A DNA stretch of 55,860 bases, filler included, from Sphacelaria rigidula (Eukaryota), in the NCBI GenBank assembly GCA_964200075.2. It is 6 parts of 6 records of this genome, joined end to end, with 100 filler letters (N's around TTAATTAATTAA, not from the genome) between each part and the next. Parts side by side here need not be neighbours in the genome. Positions count along the whole stretch, not along the records: positions 18,656 to 27,882 come from CAXNAA020008995.1; positions 27,983 to 37,208 come from CAXNAA020008996.1; 4 more parts are not named here. One strand, written 5' to 3'. Shown piece after piece: positions 25,240 to 36,579 of the stretch (its first letter is position 1; the number at the start of each line of letters is the position of its first letter). A program made the position numbers and the translations under genes. The notes beneath the pieces were generated by a model. It did not search any database. It saw nothing but the letters and a program-made list of their open reading frames with translations, and was not told the DNA's origin.

Positions 25240-26020
25240 TATAGCGTAAGGAGAATGCCAGGAACGAGATTGCCAGCCTTACTTGATAGGGATAGTGATG
25301 TATGGAAGAAAATGACGAAGGGGCAGGCTGGAATAAGAAGATGATAGGGTAGTCGAGTAAGTACGGAAGGACGGGAGAGGAAACCAAGACGAGATAGTGC
25401 CTATAAGTGAATGCGCGGGGTACAAAACAAAAGAGAGATACATGAAAGAAACAAGGGGGGAAGGCGCTGAGACGGAAAGTAGACGAGAAAAAGCACCTGA
25501 AGATAAACGGGAGGCTGAGAGAGGGGATAGGGATGATACATATCTGCGTGGCGCAATGGATCCCGCGAAAAAGTTGAATCTGCGATTTCGGGTGGGGGAC
25601 CTGGACCTGCGAGAAAGATAGTCGAGTGGAGGACGAAGTAGATGCACATAATTATCCCTGTGGCAAAGCAATAGAGAGTAGAACTCATATAGTGGGAAAA
25701 TGTAAACTATACAAGGAGAAAGGGAACGTGCTTCAGGGGGACATGTGGGAAGTAAACGAAGGTGGGATAAGATCGTTTGATGCAGTAGACAGTGGGGAAA
25801 AAACGATGGCTATGCGAGGAGATAGATAGTGGCCACAGACGGCGAAATTGGAAGGAGAAGACATACGTCAAAGGTTTCGTGCTATGTATGGAAGAAACGC
25901 AATAATGATTTCCCAAATGTTGGAGGCGTTTCTATCAGGAGTGGGAACAGTGCTCCGTCTCGAGAGGGGTGCGTGGTCAATGGTCAAACAACTAAGGCAA
26001 GCAACAAATGAGTACGCTCC
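25240..26020 (+). mobile_element. 5'-truncated LINE family B 3' fragment
   Basis: Collinear with the reverse complement of 19545-20310 (KLNLRFRVGDLDL, CGKAIESRTHIVGKC, WSMVKQLRQATNEY); C-rich flanks. Confidence 0.9.
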
Positions 26021-26243
26021 GCCCCCCCAAAAGAGAAGGACGAGAAACGGCGATTTTCGGTCCGACTGATTCTTTGTCAGCAGTTTGCCCATTTAGGGTA
26101 TGCGCGAACGAAAACTAGAACCAACCAATAACAAACACCAAAATATAAAAAATAAAATCTTCAATCACCCAACGCATAGGCCACAGTCATGGGCCCGTGT
26201 AAACACAACCGACTCATATATGGGACAGAAAAAGCCCATTTAC

Positions 26244-26504
26244 GAGCAATGCTACGGTAGGGGGGTGCACGTTTTTCGCGAAATTCTGTCTGGTTCAGGG
26301 GCTCCTCACAATTCTTGACGCACAACAATATGTGTCAGGGCATCCCCGATTGCAGATTCACTAGGGGATATCCCCAGCACAATGGAATAATAATTCTGGC
26401 GTACTCTCGCATACTTTCGTAAGTCGTGTTTTGGATGAGATAACAGACTCCTAACACTTCTATGCTCAGAAAAAAAATTGTCCACCCCTACCGTAGCATC
26501 ACTC
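26244..26504. mobile_element. MITE with GAG-initiated TIRs (Sola-like?)
   Basis: Left gagcaatgctacggtagggg and right cccctaccgtagcatcactc. The same terminus gagtgatgctacg(g/a)tagggg occurs at 27827 and 46511, both cut by contig ends. Confidence 0.7.
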
Positions 26505-27826
26505 TCACATAACCCTCTCCTGCTCCCGACCGCTGTCGGACTGGGGATAGCGTTTGTTTGCTTTCAGAATATACATCCAGCGACCACCTGGTCAGAATAT
26601 AAACCCCTTGGCCGCCAGGGTAAGGAATCAGGGTCACGCCGTAACTTCTCAAGTGAACATGAAAAAACTGACTCTCAATTGAAATGCTACCCTCTCTATC
26701 TCACGAAAAACCTGTTCCTGTTTGTCTGTTCTAACTTTCTGCTCTCCTTTCCCCACTTTCTTGAGCGCGTGCTTCCGTTTTGATTCATCTCGGGTGCACC
26801 TATCATGTGAACACGGCTGAATCCCGCGAAGATCAATCAATGCGCGGCAATTAATCAAAATCAAATCAATCGAGCAATGGAGATACACAGCATGCTGTTG
26901 TATGCATATGTGAGGGGGACAAGGTGTTTTTATGACGGAGAGAAGATTTTTCAGCTGATCCGAGTATTGGCGCACAAATCATTATTCTTTGTCTGCCATT
27001 TGGGCCGATTCTTTATAGAAGTCCATATTATCTTGCAAGTCTACGAAGTTGATTCTGAGTCTCTACTTAACGAGTTCCTGAGAAAGTACCCAATTGCGAA
27101 TGACGTGATATATTCCTCACGCGCAGCATAGAGCAACAGAAGAGCACACCATGAGAAGTGTAGTACGAGGCCCGGAAGGTTGGAATCGTCGCGGATCGGT
27201 GCGAGGCGGTTGCCTGGTCTGAAGGTAGCTTTGTGTTATTCTCCAATTTCTAGGAGTAGCGATATGCCTTGATCCGGGTTCGTGTGTTGGGTTGTATTGA
27301 GCCCTCTTAGCTCACTCACTTCGACTTTCACTTCCCGTTCTGGTTTTCGACTTTTGGTGGTGGTCCTCAAGCACCAAAGTGTAGTGTTTACCAGCACTTA
27401 ACACAACGACACGGCGATTTTACAATCTCGGGACTTGTCTTACACTGCTGCTGTCATGTTAGCACCGAGCATCGGCTTCCTCCAATCCTAGCACGAATGT
27501 CGGGTTGAAGTTCTGCTTCGCATAAGTCAACCAACTGTTCGCATAGTTTCCCGAGCTTGTCCAGCGTGGGGTAAAACGGGCCATCGGTACATGCAAGAAG
27601 CTGTCCCACCGCATGAAGGCTTGTCGTCCCCCCAAAGTATATGTTGCCAGACCATTTCAAAATTGTTATTTCACAGGGCCGCGTCTCGTCGAGGGAGGAG
27701 TTTTTATCAGACTTTTGTCCGTTGAGCATGGTTGTGGCTGTTCAGAACCTCATAAGAGTGGTGTGCTACGGAAGAGATGCACAAATATTTTCTGAGGTTC
27801 GAATTGATAGGAACCCTTTTTCTCGT

Positions 27827-27882
27827 GAGTGATGCTACGGTAGGGGTACAGAAATAATGTCTGAGATTAGAATTGTTAGGAG
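27827..27882 (+). mobile_element. Left end of another copy of the GAG-TIR element
   Basis: gagtgatgctacggtaggggtacagaaataatgtctgagattagaattgttaggag matches the reverse complement of 26448-26504. Confidence 0.7.
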
Positions 27883-27982
27883 NNNNNNNNNNNNNNNNNN
27901 NNNNNNNNNNNNNNNNNNNNNNNNNNTTAATTAATTAANNNNNNNNNNNNNNNNNNNNNNNNNNNNNNNNNNNNNNNNNNNN
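27883..27982. other. Artificial contig-joining spacer
   Basis: Identical 100-bp linker. Confidence 0.98.
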
Positions 27983-29158
27983 CAATCAGGCAGGAGAAAT
28001 CGTGAATTTGGTGATTTTGAGTCGTGATGATTTGTCCTAACCGTGATATCTTTCGAGGCTTTCATATGGGCTTTGGTATGGACCGTAGGTTGATAAGGTA
28101 CAGGGATTACCAGACATGGCGTTAAATCAACGAGAAGAAATTCGGCCGATTTGCCTTGATTAGACGATTAATACAATATGCGGGTCACACCCCTACTCGT
28201 CTGCGCATGAGATTGCTTCGAGAGCTCCAACGCTTGCCTAGGCTGAACCAGCTCGTAAAAGTATCTCAGACTCGAGATTCCCGGTACGGAGTGTTTTACG
28301 GCCAATTATGTCGAGAATCTTGAGCTTGAAATTCCTTCGATGAGAGCGTTTTGCTGCTCAGCGACCGAGAAACGCCTCGTGCCAACGCTTGCATCGAAGC
28401 TCGTTGCACGTGAATGAATGATTCCTTGCGAAAGTGAATCTCGAATATCATGCATCCCACCTGGGAGGAAACTCTTGGCCGTTCAGGGAGACACGTCCAA
28501 AATAAACCTTTTTGTTGTCTGCTGATTTGTATAGTTCGCGTAGGCGGTGCACCCTCTGCGTCGTTTGCTTGACAATCACTCGGATGAAGCGAAGCCATTT
28601 TTGAATCACTTGAATACAGTGTGATGATTTCAAAGTCGGAATATGAGCGACAATTGCTTGGAGTTGCTTGCAAGGACATCATCACCTCGGTTTAGCACAC
28701 TTGAGTTCGCCCATACTTGACGTGAGTACAGGTCAAGTACTTGCTCGGGTCAAGTATTACTGCCGATCATGACTACTACTTGAAGGCCGTATGGTCAGCC
28801 TACACCCCAATCTTGCACAGAGACGATTCAGATGTACCGGATAATGACTCCGTGAGTATTCGTGAAAAGCAAACGAGTTCCCCCGGACAAAACCACTCAA
28901 CATCACGTGAGGTGGTTGTGGTATCAGCACCAACCCCACGTGCGCTTTGGGTACACCATTGGAAAACTTTGAGGTATGCGTCTCCTCTGGAGCAGGTACG
29001 ATACCAGGTAGCTTGATGTACTTGATTTTTCGCACTGGATGCTGCCTCGAAAGCAGACCGGAAAGAAAGCGACCGCCCTTTGGTGTCAACAGGAGCAACC
29101 TGAACAATCAAACCTCGGATACACCATTTTCCTCGTAGCTCCAAATGGATCAAGCTTG

Positions 29159-29375
29159 TGTAATGCGTGAGAGGACCGCGTGCTTGGAGGACCGCATTGG
29201 AATCTGAACATCCCTATGGTTAGGGTTAGGGTTAGTGTTAGTGTTGGTGTTGGTGCTATGGTCAGGGGCGTGGTACCTCCAGGGACTGACCCGATTGGTT
29301 TTGAAAAACGTCGATCCTGAGGTGGTTTGAACTACGGCGCGGTCCTCTGAGCACGCGGCCCTCTCACGCATTACA
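29159..29375. mobile_element. MITE with ~36-bp TIRs and internal telomere-like repeats
   Basis: tgtaatgcgtgagaggaccgcgtgct...agcacgcggccctctcacgcattaca; internal ttagggttagggttagtg. Confidence 0.88.
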
Positions 29376-29538
29376 CTCGAGCCCATCGTACCCCTTGTCA
29401 CTCGCGAAAACGGATGCCCGTAGCTACACAGCACACATGAAACAACCTCAAGCCTATCGTCATCGACCGGTGCTTGCCCCTGACCGATATGTCTCATTTC
29501 TTGCTCCCGTTTGCCGCTGACAGAACCACGCGGATAGC

Positions 29539-29620
29539 ATGTGGTCGGCCAGAAATCTGGGCTTGTGCCTTTTGGGAATCACCTTCTGCTTGACCCTGTC
29601 GGCGAGTCCCGTGATCGGAG
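29539..29620 (+). CDS. Exon 1 (signal peptide) of secreted Lys/Asp/Tyr/Thr-Pro block protein
   Basis: MWSARNLGLCLLGITFCLTLSASPVIG; phase-1 donor ggag|gtgagg; upstream acceptor cag| at 29521-29523 suggests a 5' UTR intron. Confidence 0.72.
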
Positions 29621-30009
29621 GTGAGGTTTGGGTTGATTGTTGCGTTCTAACTGATCTCGAAGGGATCCAGCCGTGGTCACGTGATACGCGTGCTCGAGAC
29701 AACAAGTGAGGGCGCGGCGTTGCTGTAACGCGGGCGTGTCGCGTCTGTGGGTCTAGTGTTATCTTGCTTTGATGAACGTACAGGGAGGGTACTCGGTAGC
29801 GGTCCAAGACCACAGGAAAATGTGGGCGAAACAACCTGTAAGTAAGTACTGTCTACCCGGTATTGTGGAGAAGCTGGCTCACCTGTCTTCCTAGGTGCCA
29901 CGAGAAGGATTTTCGGCCAAGAGCATGAACAAGACACACTCGACCTCCAGATGCAGTGATAATTTCGGCATGGAGGAACGTCAACACAGCGATGTGCTTC
30001 TGTTATTTA

Positions 30010-30168
30010 TTCAATGGACATCCCCGTGGTTGAGGTTTGTGTTGGGGCTGGGGTCAGTGGTGTGGTTCCTACAGGGCGACTTGTCCGATTCATTGTGAAA
30101 AACGTCCATCCTGGGGTGTTTTTTAATACGATGCGGTCCTCTAAGCACGCGGCCCTTCCACGCATTAC
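30010..30168. mobile_element. Partial copy of the telomere-like MITE (intron 1)
   Basis: Ends gcggtcctctaagcacgcggcccttccacgcattaca. Confidence 0.75.
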
Positions 30169-30618
30169 AGCGTCGTCCGGGCAGGCGTTATTCGCGTCGA
30201 GCACAGGGCATCATTCTGCAGTCGGAAGTCCGCGGTGGTCATCATGTCTGCGTGTCTCGAAACATGTATGTGCTGTCTTGCTCCAATTCCTGCAAACAAA
30301 ACCGAGCACTTTTGAACGCGCTGTACAACAACCAAGCAGTCTTTCCCTTTTCCGTGAGACTCAAATCAAGCATACTCAAGTTGAGGAGTTTTCTGGTAGT
30401 AGGCCAGACCCACGTGAGTTGCTGTTACCACACCAGATTCGGGAAGTTGCCCAGGTCCTCCCCTACCGAGGCTCTCGCTGCCCCCACCCTCCCCACTCCG
30501 GGGGCACGTGTTCCTTGCAAGCAGGTACATGCTGGTCGTAGGCGCCGTCGCTGTATTCATTGAAATGTACGTCCAGTGTTTTCGATGCCGCCCTCATGTT
30601 CTCCAACACGCCGGTCAG

Positions 30619-30714
30619 AGTCATCCGTTACGACCCTTGCGCGCTTGGACACCGCGGAGTATGATGAGGGAGCTCTCGCCTTGACGGATGCCTTGACTCC
30701 CGCATCGACGCATG
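30619..30714 (+). CDS. Exon 2 (acidic propeptide-like segment) of the secreted protein
   Basis: tcag| acceptor and catg|gtaggt donor; 96 nt, phase 1-1; (E)SSVTTLARLDTAEYDEGALALTDALTPASTH. Confidence 0.55.
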
Positions 30715-30894
30715 GTAGGTACATCCCGTCGGTGGGGAAGGCTGAGTGCTGAAAAGTAACACAAGCGCCCATGTTCCATCTCCTGAAGTGTAGATGCTGG
30801 ACTTTAGCGATTCGTTGCACCCTCTGAAATGTAGATGTTGGACTTGAGCAATTTTCACGTGCTGTACAACGTAGGCTGGTTGGTCTCGGCACTC

Positions 30895-31249
30895 TGTGGG
30901 GGTTGGGGTTAGTGTCGGAGACTTGCTCGAGCGATTTTGAAGAACATGGGTCCTCGCGTTTTTTAATTCCGATGCGGTCGGAAACGCAGGCGGTTCTCCC
31001 TCGCATTACACTCTTTCGGGCGATTTCCCCCGCCCATGTTTGTATTTCTGCAATGCGTGGGAGGACCACGGGCTTAGGAGAGAGCACCGGAGCTTGGACA
31101 TCCTTATGGTTGGGCTTGAGGATGGGGTTGGGGTGACGGCCAGGGGCGTGGTCCCTGCAGACGGGCTGGCCCGATTGTTCAACGTCCATCCTGGGGTGTT
31201 TTGAACTATGGTACGGTCCTCTGAGTACGCGGTCCTCCCACGCGTCACA
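30895..31249. mobile_element. Two diverged copies of the telomere-like MITE (intron 2)
   Basis: Partial copy ending ...cgcattaca at ~31010 and a full-length diverged copy at 31049-31249. Confidence 0.72.
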
Positions 31250-31759
31250 ATCGTCAGAGCGAGTCCGTTCCATGCGCATCGCGTGAAAATCACTGTACGT
31301 ACACCAGTGTGAAAATACCTAGGTTTCTACTAATTATGCCAGCGCGGTTTTACAAAATAGCGACCCAAATACTATTTTCACAAGAAACGAGTTCTTCGAA
31401 ACCCGTGCTAGCATAATGAGTGAAGCGTAAAGATAGCTGCCCGTGGTGCTCGACCTTTTTCGTCCGCGGCAACAGTTACTGCGAAGCGCGCGTGCACAAT
31501 TCGTATTGGAAAGCTCAGTACGATGCATCTGCAAAATCGAGGAATAAATCGCGTCGAATTGACCGAAAAGTGAAGAACCACGACAGAACACCGGGCGATG
31601 TGCCCATTGCACCACCAATGAATATACACTTGAGGTGGTGCGTACAGCAGTAATTTTCGGGGTAGACCCCCATTCGAAGATCCCGAGTGTTTTTCTTCAC
31701 GATGGTGACCTTAACGTTGCTGCACCGTTGTTCCTTGGATACGACCGCAAATCCTCCAG

Positions 31760-32293
31760 ACGACTTGAGCAGAAGTCTCGGCGACAAGAAGCGTAAGCCA
31801 GTGCGCGGAAAGGGAAAAAAATCGAGGAAGAAGAGGAAGGGGAGAAAGAAGGGGAGTAAGAGAAAGGGAAAGAAGAAGGGGAAGAAGGGAAATAAGAAGA
31901 AGGTGAAGAAGAGCAAGAAGAGCAAGAAGGGCAGAAAGACCAAGAGAAGCAAAAAGACCAAAAAGACCAAAAAGAGCAAGAAGCACAAGAGGGACAATGA
32001 CAGCAGTGACAGCAGCGACAGCAGCGACGACAACAAGGGAAGGAGAAGGAAGAGGAGCAAGAGGAGCAACAAGAAAAACAAGAGAGACAATGATAGGAAT
32101 GACAGCAGCGACAGCAGTGACGATAACAAGGGGAGGAGGAGACGGAAGAACAGCAGGAGGAATCGGTCCGATTCCTTCGACGACGACGGCCACGACTTCG
32201 ACGACGACCGCTTCGACTTCGACGACGACCGCTTCGACTTCGATGACGACCGTCTCTACTACGACGACGACTACTACTACTTCTACGACGACG
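31760..32293 (+). CDS. Exon 3: RSL motif, Lys/Arg-rich block, DSSDSSDD linkers, DDDRFDF/DDDYYY block
   Basis: ctccag| acceptor and gacg|gtgaga donor; 534 nt, phase 1-1; open frame with codon-level repeats. Confidence 0.85.
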
Positions 32294-33269
32294 GTGAGAT
32301 GCTTGTGAATACAGGGTGACTGAATGCTGTAAGGCCGCGTCGTTGAGGTGGATTGTCTGGACTGCCGCATGCTGGAAGTGGGAATCGGATCTCGGATTTT
32401 TATGAGTTGACCGCATTTCTACTGTGGTCTGATGTTTTTCGTGAGGTGTCATGGGCGTACATGCGCTGGACATAAATACGCTCATTCTCGTGGACATCGC
32501 CGCTTGCGTGTTCCTTGAATCGTCGCTACGTGCCAGGGCATCGAATCTTGTTGGCTTGTTCACGGTTTTTGGAGGCTTGGTTTACTTTTCGCTCCTCGAA
32601 TAGCAATTGTTGTCACCAAATGTCTTGGTGATCATGCATTGCCTCACTTGAGAGGTGTACAGCCTACTGCTGCGATTCGCTCGGCTGCGACGATTCGAAA
32701 GCGACCTTGGAAGAACAACTTAACAACTAGAGAAAAGCAAGATGTGGTATTGAGTGATCTTCCGCGGACCTTCACACCCGGAGATTTGTCCAGACAACTC
32801 TTATCGACATAGCGGAGCCGATCAAATCGGACAAGTGAGCTAGACGCCCCTCCGAGAAGTAGTGCATGGTGCCCAAGGAACGTGGTGGTGGTGTCTCGTA
32901 CAGCCCTCCGAGGCAAAGGAGAAAATTCCACAATTAAGTATCCAAACATGGCAAGTTGATGCAACCAAGACTTGACCTCGTAGCACCTTGGAATTCGGAC
33001 AGAACTTACATCGTTCATGACACTCAGCGGTGGTTGCTCCATAGAATCATCACGGGGTGGTGTGAAAATACATGGTTTTGGCAAAAAACAGTGCGCATAG
33101 GATCACGATACCATCGGCATGTGGCAAAACACACACTACACACTCTGCATGCAGCGAGGTGTCTTCGGCTTCATGAACGTGCGGCCATGCCAATCAAACC
33201 TTCAACTCGATAGTCACTGCATGGCTCGATATATCTTGCTTCGGGAATCTCACGTCTTTGCGTTTACAG

Positions 33270-33562
33270 GCAAGGTACGAGGACCTGTCAGGAGAACTAT
33301 GGCGCCCACGGCGACGCCCACAGCAGCGCCGACGACGGCCGCACCCACTACAGCCGCGCCTACGACGGCAGCTCCGACGACGGCCGCACCCACTACGGCC
33401 GCCCCGACGACGGCCGCGCCTACTACGGCAGCCCCGACGACCGCTGCACCCACTACGGCAGCCCCGACGACCGCTGCACCTACTACGACAGCCCCGACGA
33501 CCGCTGCACCAACTACGGCAGCCCCGACGACCGCTGCACCAACTACGGCAGCCCCGGTGTAA
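33270..33562 (+). CDS. Exon 4: mucin-like (PTTAA)15 tail, stop at 33560-33562
   Basis: tttacag| acceptor in phase 1 joins exon 3 in frame (G-KVRGPVRRTMAPTATPTAA(PTTAA)n PV*); variation between repeat units is mostly synonymous. Confidence 0.85.
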
Positions 33563-35575
33563 CATGTAGCAATTTTCTGGACCCGGTTGTTGTATACAGT
33601 TGCAGAGTCTTCGTTTGGTACGTAGTTGAGCCAACCGGCCGGTTTCATATGTATGTGACAAGATCCACGATACGTCCCATCGGCGTGAGTGAGTGATGGC
33701 TACCTCGTGGGAACTTGGTTCGGACGAGTCGTCCCGCGCGAGTACCCGTAACTTATTTACGTGGCATCTTCAGTCTTTCAGGGTGGACATCATCGCTTTC
33801 GTCGTGTACTGTAATTTTTGCGGACAAGTTGTTGGTTCGTTTAGTCCCCGTTGACGTATGGGATGTTAGTGGTGACACGGTAAGGGTGCACATTTCAGGT
33901 CAAGATTTGTTTGAACTTCCACACTGGGCCTAGATGTTTTTCATCGAGTAGCTGCCCGAGTGAAGAGTCCCGGAACGTTTTCGTGCATCTCAGCTTGTAT
34001 CGTGGCACACTCATGTCATCGTCTTCGGCTTCACAGGGGGACCATGAGCAGGTGTAGCAGCGTTTCATCGTGGCGAGACTCGTGAGCATTTCGGCCCGCC
34101 GATTCGTGCCAACGAACGCTCCACCACTTTCCCCATTTCGAGAGCCGGCTGCCTGAGCCCTGCTGTGTTGGTGGAGGATGTACACATGGCATGATGGCGC
34201 ACCCGCTGATGGAGTGGATGTAATTCGTAGTAAAATACGTGTACTGTAGTCAGATGGCTTGAACCAAACGATTGTTGGAATGCTGCGATGTCGACAACGC
34301 TATATCCTCATGTGTGGATATCGGTGCAAAAGAAATAGTATAGTACAACTTTTGCCGGTTCATTGAGGTCAGTAAACATGTAACATTTTTCATTTACTGT
34401 GTTGTAGGTAGCGCGCTACTAGGGATAATAGAGTAGGCGACGTGCCGCCATCTTTGTCGCGGTAAGATTTGTAGCAAAATGCACACGACACGATTTTTTT
34501 GTAACAGCTGACAAGACCAACACGTCGGCAGCAAGTTGAACCAGAAGCTCCCAACTCACCTTGTTCTCTCCTTTGAGAGGAGACCGTGCGTTGTTATACA
34601 TCTTGGCCAAATAAGGGCCGGTGATTACCATCGACGTTTTTTTTTTACGATGTTGCAGGACGCGAGTGAGCTTCACGGCTTCCGTGCATCCTGTGTGCGT
34701 CCATGTTGTGAGATGGCAAGTTCGATTACCGAGAAAGCCCCCACACGACACCATTCTTACAATGGCGATCATGTCTCAACTGCCCTCCACGGACACCCCT
34801 GCTGAAGTACACGAGGCCATAGAAGAGTCGAGATGTATCGCGTCGATCACCTACGGCTTTGATGCCTACAGGCGAAAGCGAGAAAAATGAAGTATGAAAA
34901 CGAAGTTAGGCTGTACACATATGGTTGCTGTACATGTCGCGGGACGCTTCCCGGACATGAATTTGATCAGCTTTATGGCCTTCAGGTTGACGGACCCCAC
35001 GATACTCACTGTCCGTTGTCCAAACGGTCGCAGGGGATATCCTCGACACTGACCGATGTTGACCTCGCGCCTGACAAACTGGGGAGACGTTGATACCGTT
35101 GAAGCCAGGCGAAACTTGGATTGTCGTTGCTTCTCCGCATCGACAAGTCGGTTGCTTGTTGTTCTTTTGTACTTGACACGTTTGTGACGTCTGAATGAAC
35201 GTCACGAACGTTTAATGTGACGTCTGATTGAACGTCACAGACGTCACACGCTTAGCGTGTACTATAATGTGACGTGACCTACCGTATTGAAAATAATGAA
35301 AATTGTGACGAGACGTGACGTATTTTGTTTCGAACTTCGAACTTGTTTTTTTTGGGGGGTATAGCTATTCCCAAGTCGCGGCTTGGACATACTCATGTCC
35401 AAAGCTAGCCGCGATTTGTGTATACTGCCCGCGTTCGTCCCATGTGCCTTGCATGGACACCACAACACCGGAAATACACTCAAAGTCCGCAGTCATCATT
35501 TAACCCATCGCGCGGTGCAAACGACCTCTCAGCGGACGAGAAACGCGCCTGCTGCACATGGTACAAATAAATATA

Positions 35576-35655
35576 ACAGCCGATCACGGAAATTGAGGAT
35601 TGAGCTTTGTATTGAGCACGAGAACCCGGAGGATCAAAAACTTCGTATCCACCAA
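35576..35655 (+). mobile_element. Terminus of the foldback family seen at 859-1306
   Basis: acagccgatcacggaaattgaggattgagctttgtattgagcacgagaacccggaggatcaaaaacttcgtatc. Confidence 0.8.
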
Positions 35656-35769
35656 GGGTCTGTCGAGAGATTTGTTTTCGGACACAGAGCCCCCCCTCCC
35701 GGAAAGCAATTTCTCGAAAATCGCCATGGTTTTTTACCTTTATTTTTGTGATTCTTTTCCGGGAATTTT

Positions 35770-36195
35770 CTGATTTTGTTTTGTTAAAAATGTTGAAATA
35801 AATTGATTAACGAACACTGGCAAAAACCGATACGTCTGGCGGGCTTTGCGAGGTTCGTATATTTGCTTCTTCTGCTCCTTGACCGCCCTGTCTCGATTAC
35901 CTCGAAGGGCGGTAACCCTTACACACATCTGTTTACAATAATACACGAGCGCGAGGTAGCGACAGTCTATAGCCAGCCAAAGTAGCAACATTATATCACG
36001 CCTCGTCATATTTAAACGGACAGCTAGTTGTAGGTAGTCGAGGTACCCGACCCGAAACATCATCCCCTAAATATAATCGCGGCAGGTGATGAGCTTGGAC
36101 GGGCGATGTGTCCGTCATCTCAGCGGTCTCCATGCCAAGAATCCCTGTACACGGCAGCTGACCGCATTCGCCAACGCCTCGACAATAAACTAGGG
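35770..36195. repeat. Dispersed repeat, homologous to 39520-39905
   Basis: Shared blocks aaaaaccga...ggttcgtatatttgcttct and gtgtccg.catctca..gtctccatgccaag.at...tgtac...aacgcctcgacaat.aactaggg. Confidence 0.75.
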
Positions 36196-36579
36196 AGAAC
36201 AGCGGGCTGGGTGTCCCCCCCTTGCCCCCACACATCTAGACTCTTGGGTTGGCGTCGAGTGGAAACGGCGCTGTTAAACAAGCCACCAAAACCAAGACAA
36301 ATGTACAAACTTTCACCGTACAGAGACCGGGGACCACTACTAGACGAATAAAGTCCCGGACCGACAGACACAACACTCAAAAACCTAAACAACCCAATGG
36401 TTTCCCCCCTGAAACAGAAGAAATGAATATAGATATGATGTACCAAAGCTGGTCGTTTTCCCCCTATCTTTACCACACTAGACTACTTTCTTTTCCTCAA
36501 CCGCTTTGTTTCCCCCCCCTTTCTCATATTTTCCTTCCTCACTTTCTCTACATTCCTACCTTTTCCTTCTTTTTTTTAT

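Noticed and set aside
29895-30098. Extra exon of the secreted-protein gene after cttcctag
   Set aside because: The phase-1 reading hits TGA at about 29957 with no convincing donor before it
31515-32563. Three long antisense ORFs and an alternative Thr-rich sense ORF over exon 3
   Set aside because: Shadows of a purine-rich, T-poor low-complexity exon; only the Lys/Asp frame is phase-compatible with the flanking exons
33194-33661. Antisense (GAAVV)n and Arg-rich ORFs
   Set aside because: Shadows of the PTTAA repeat
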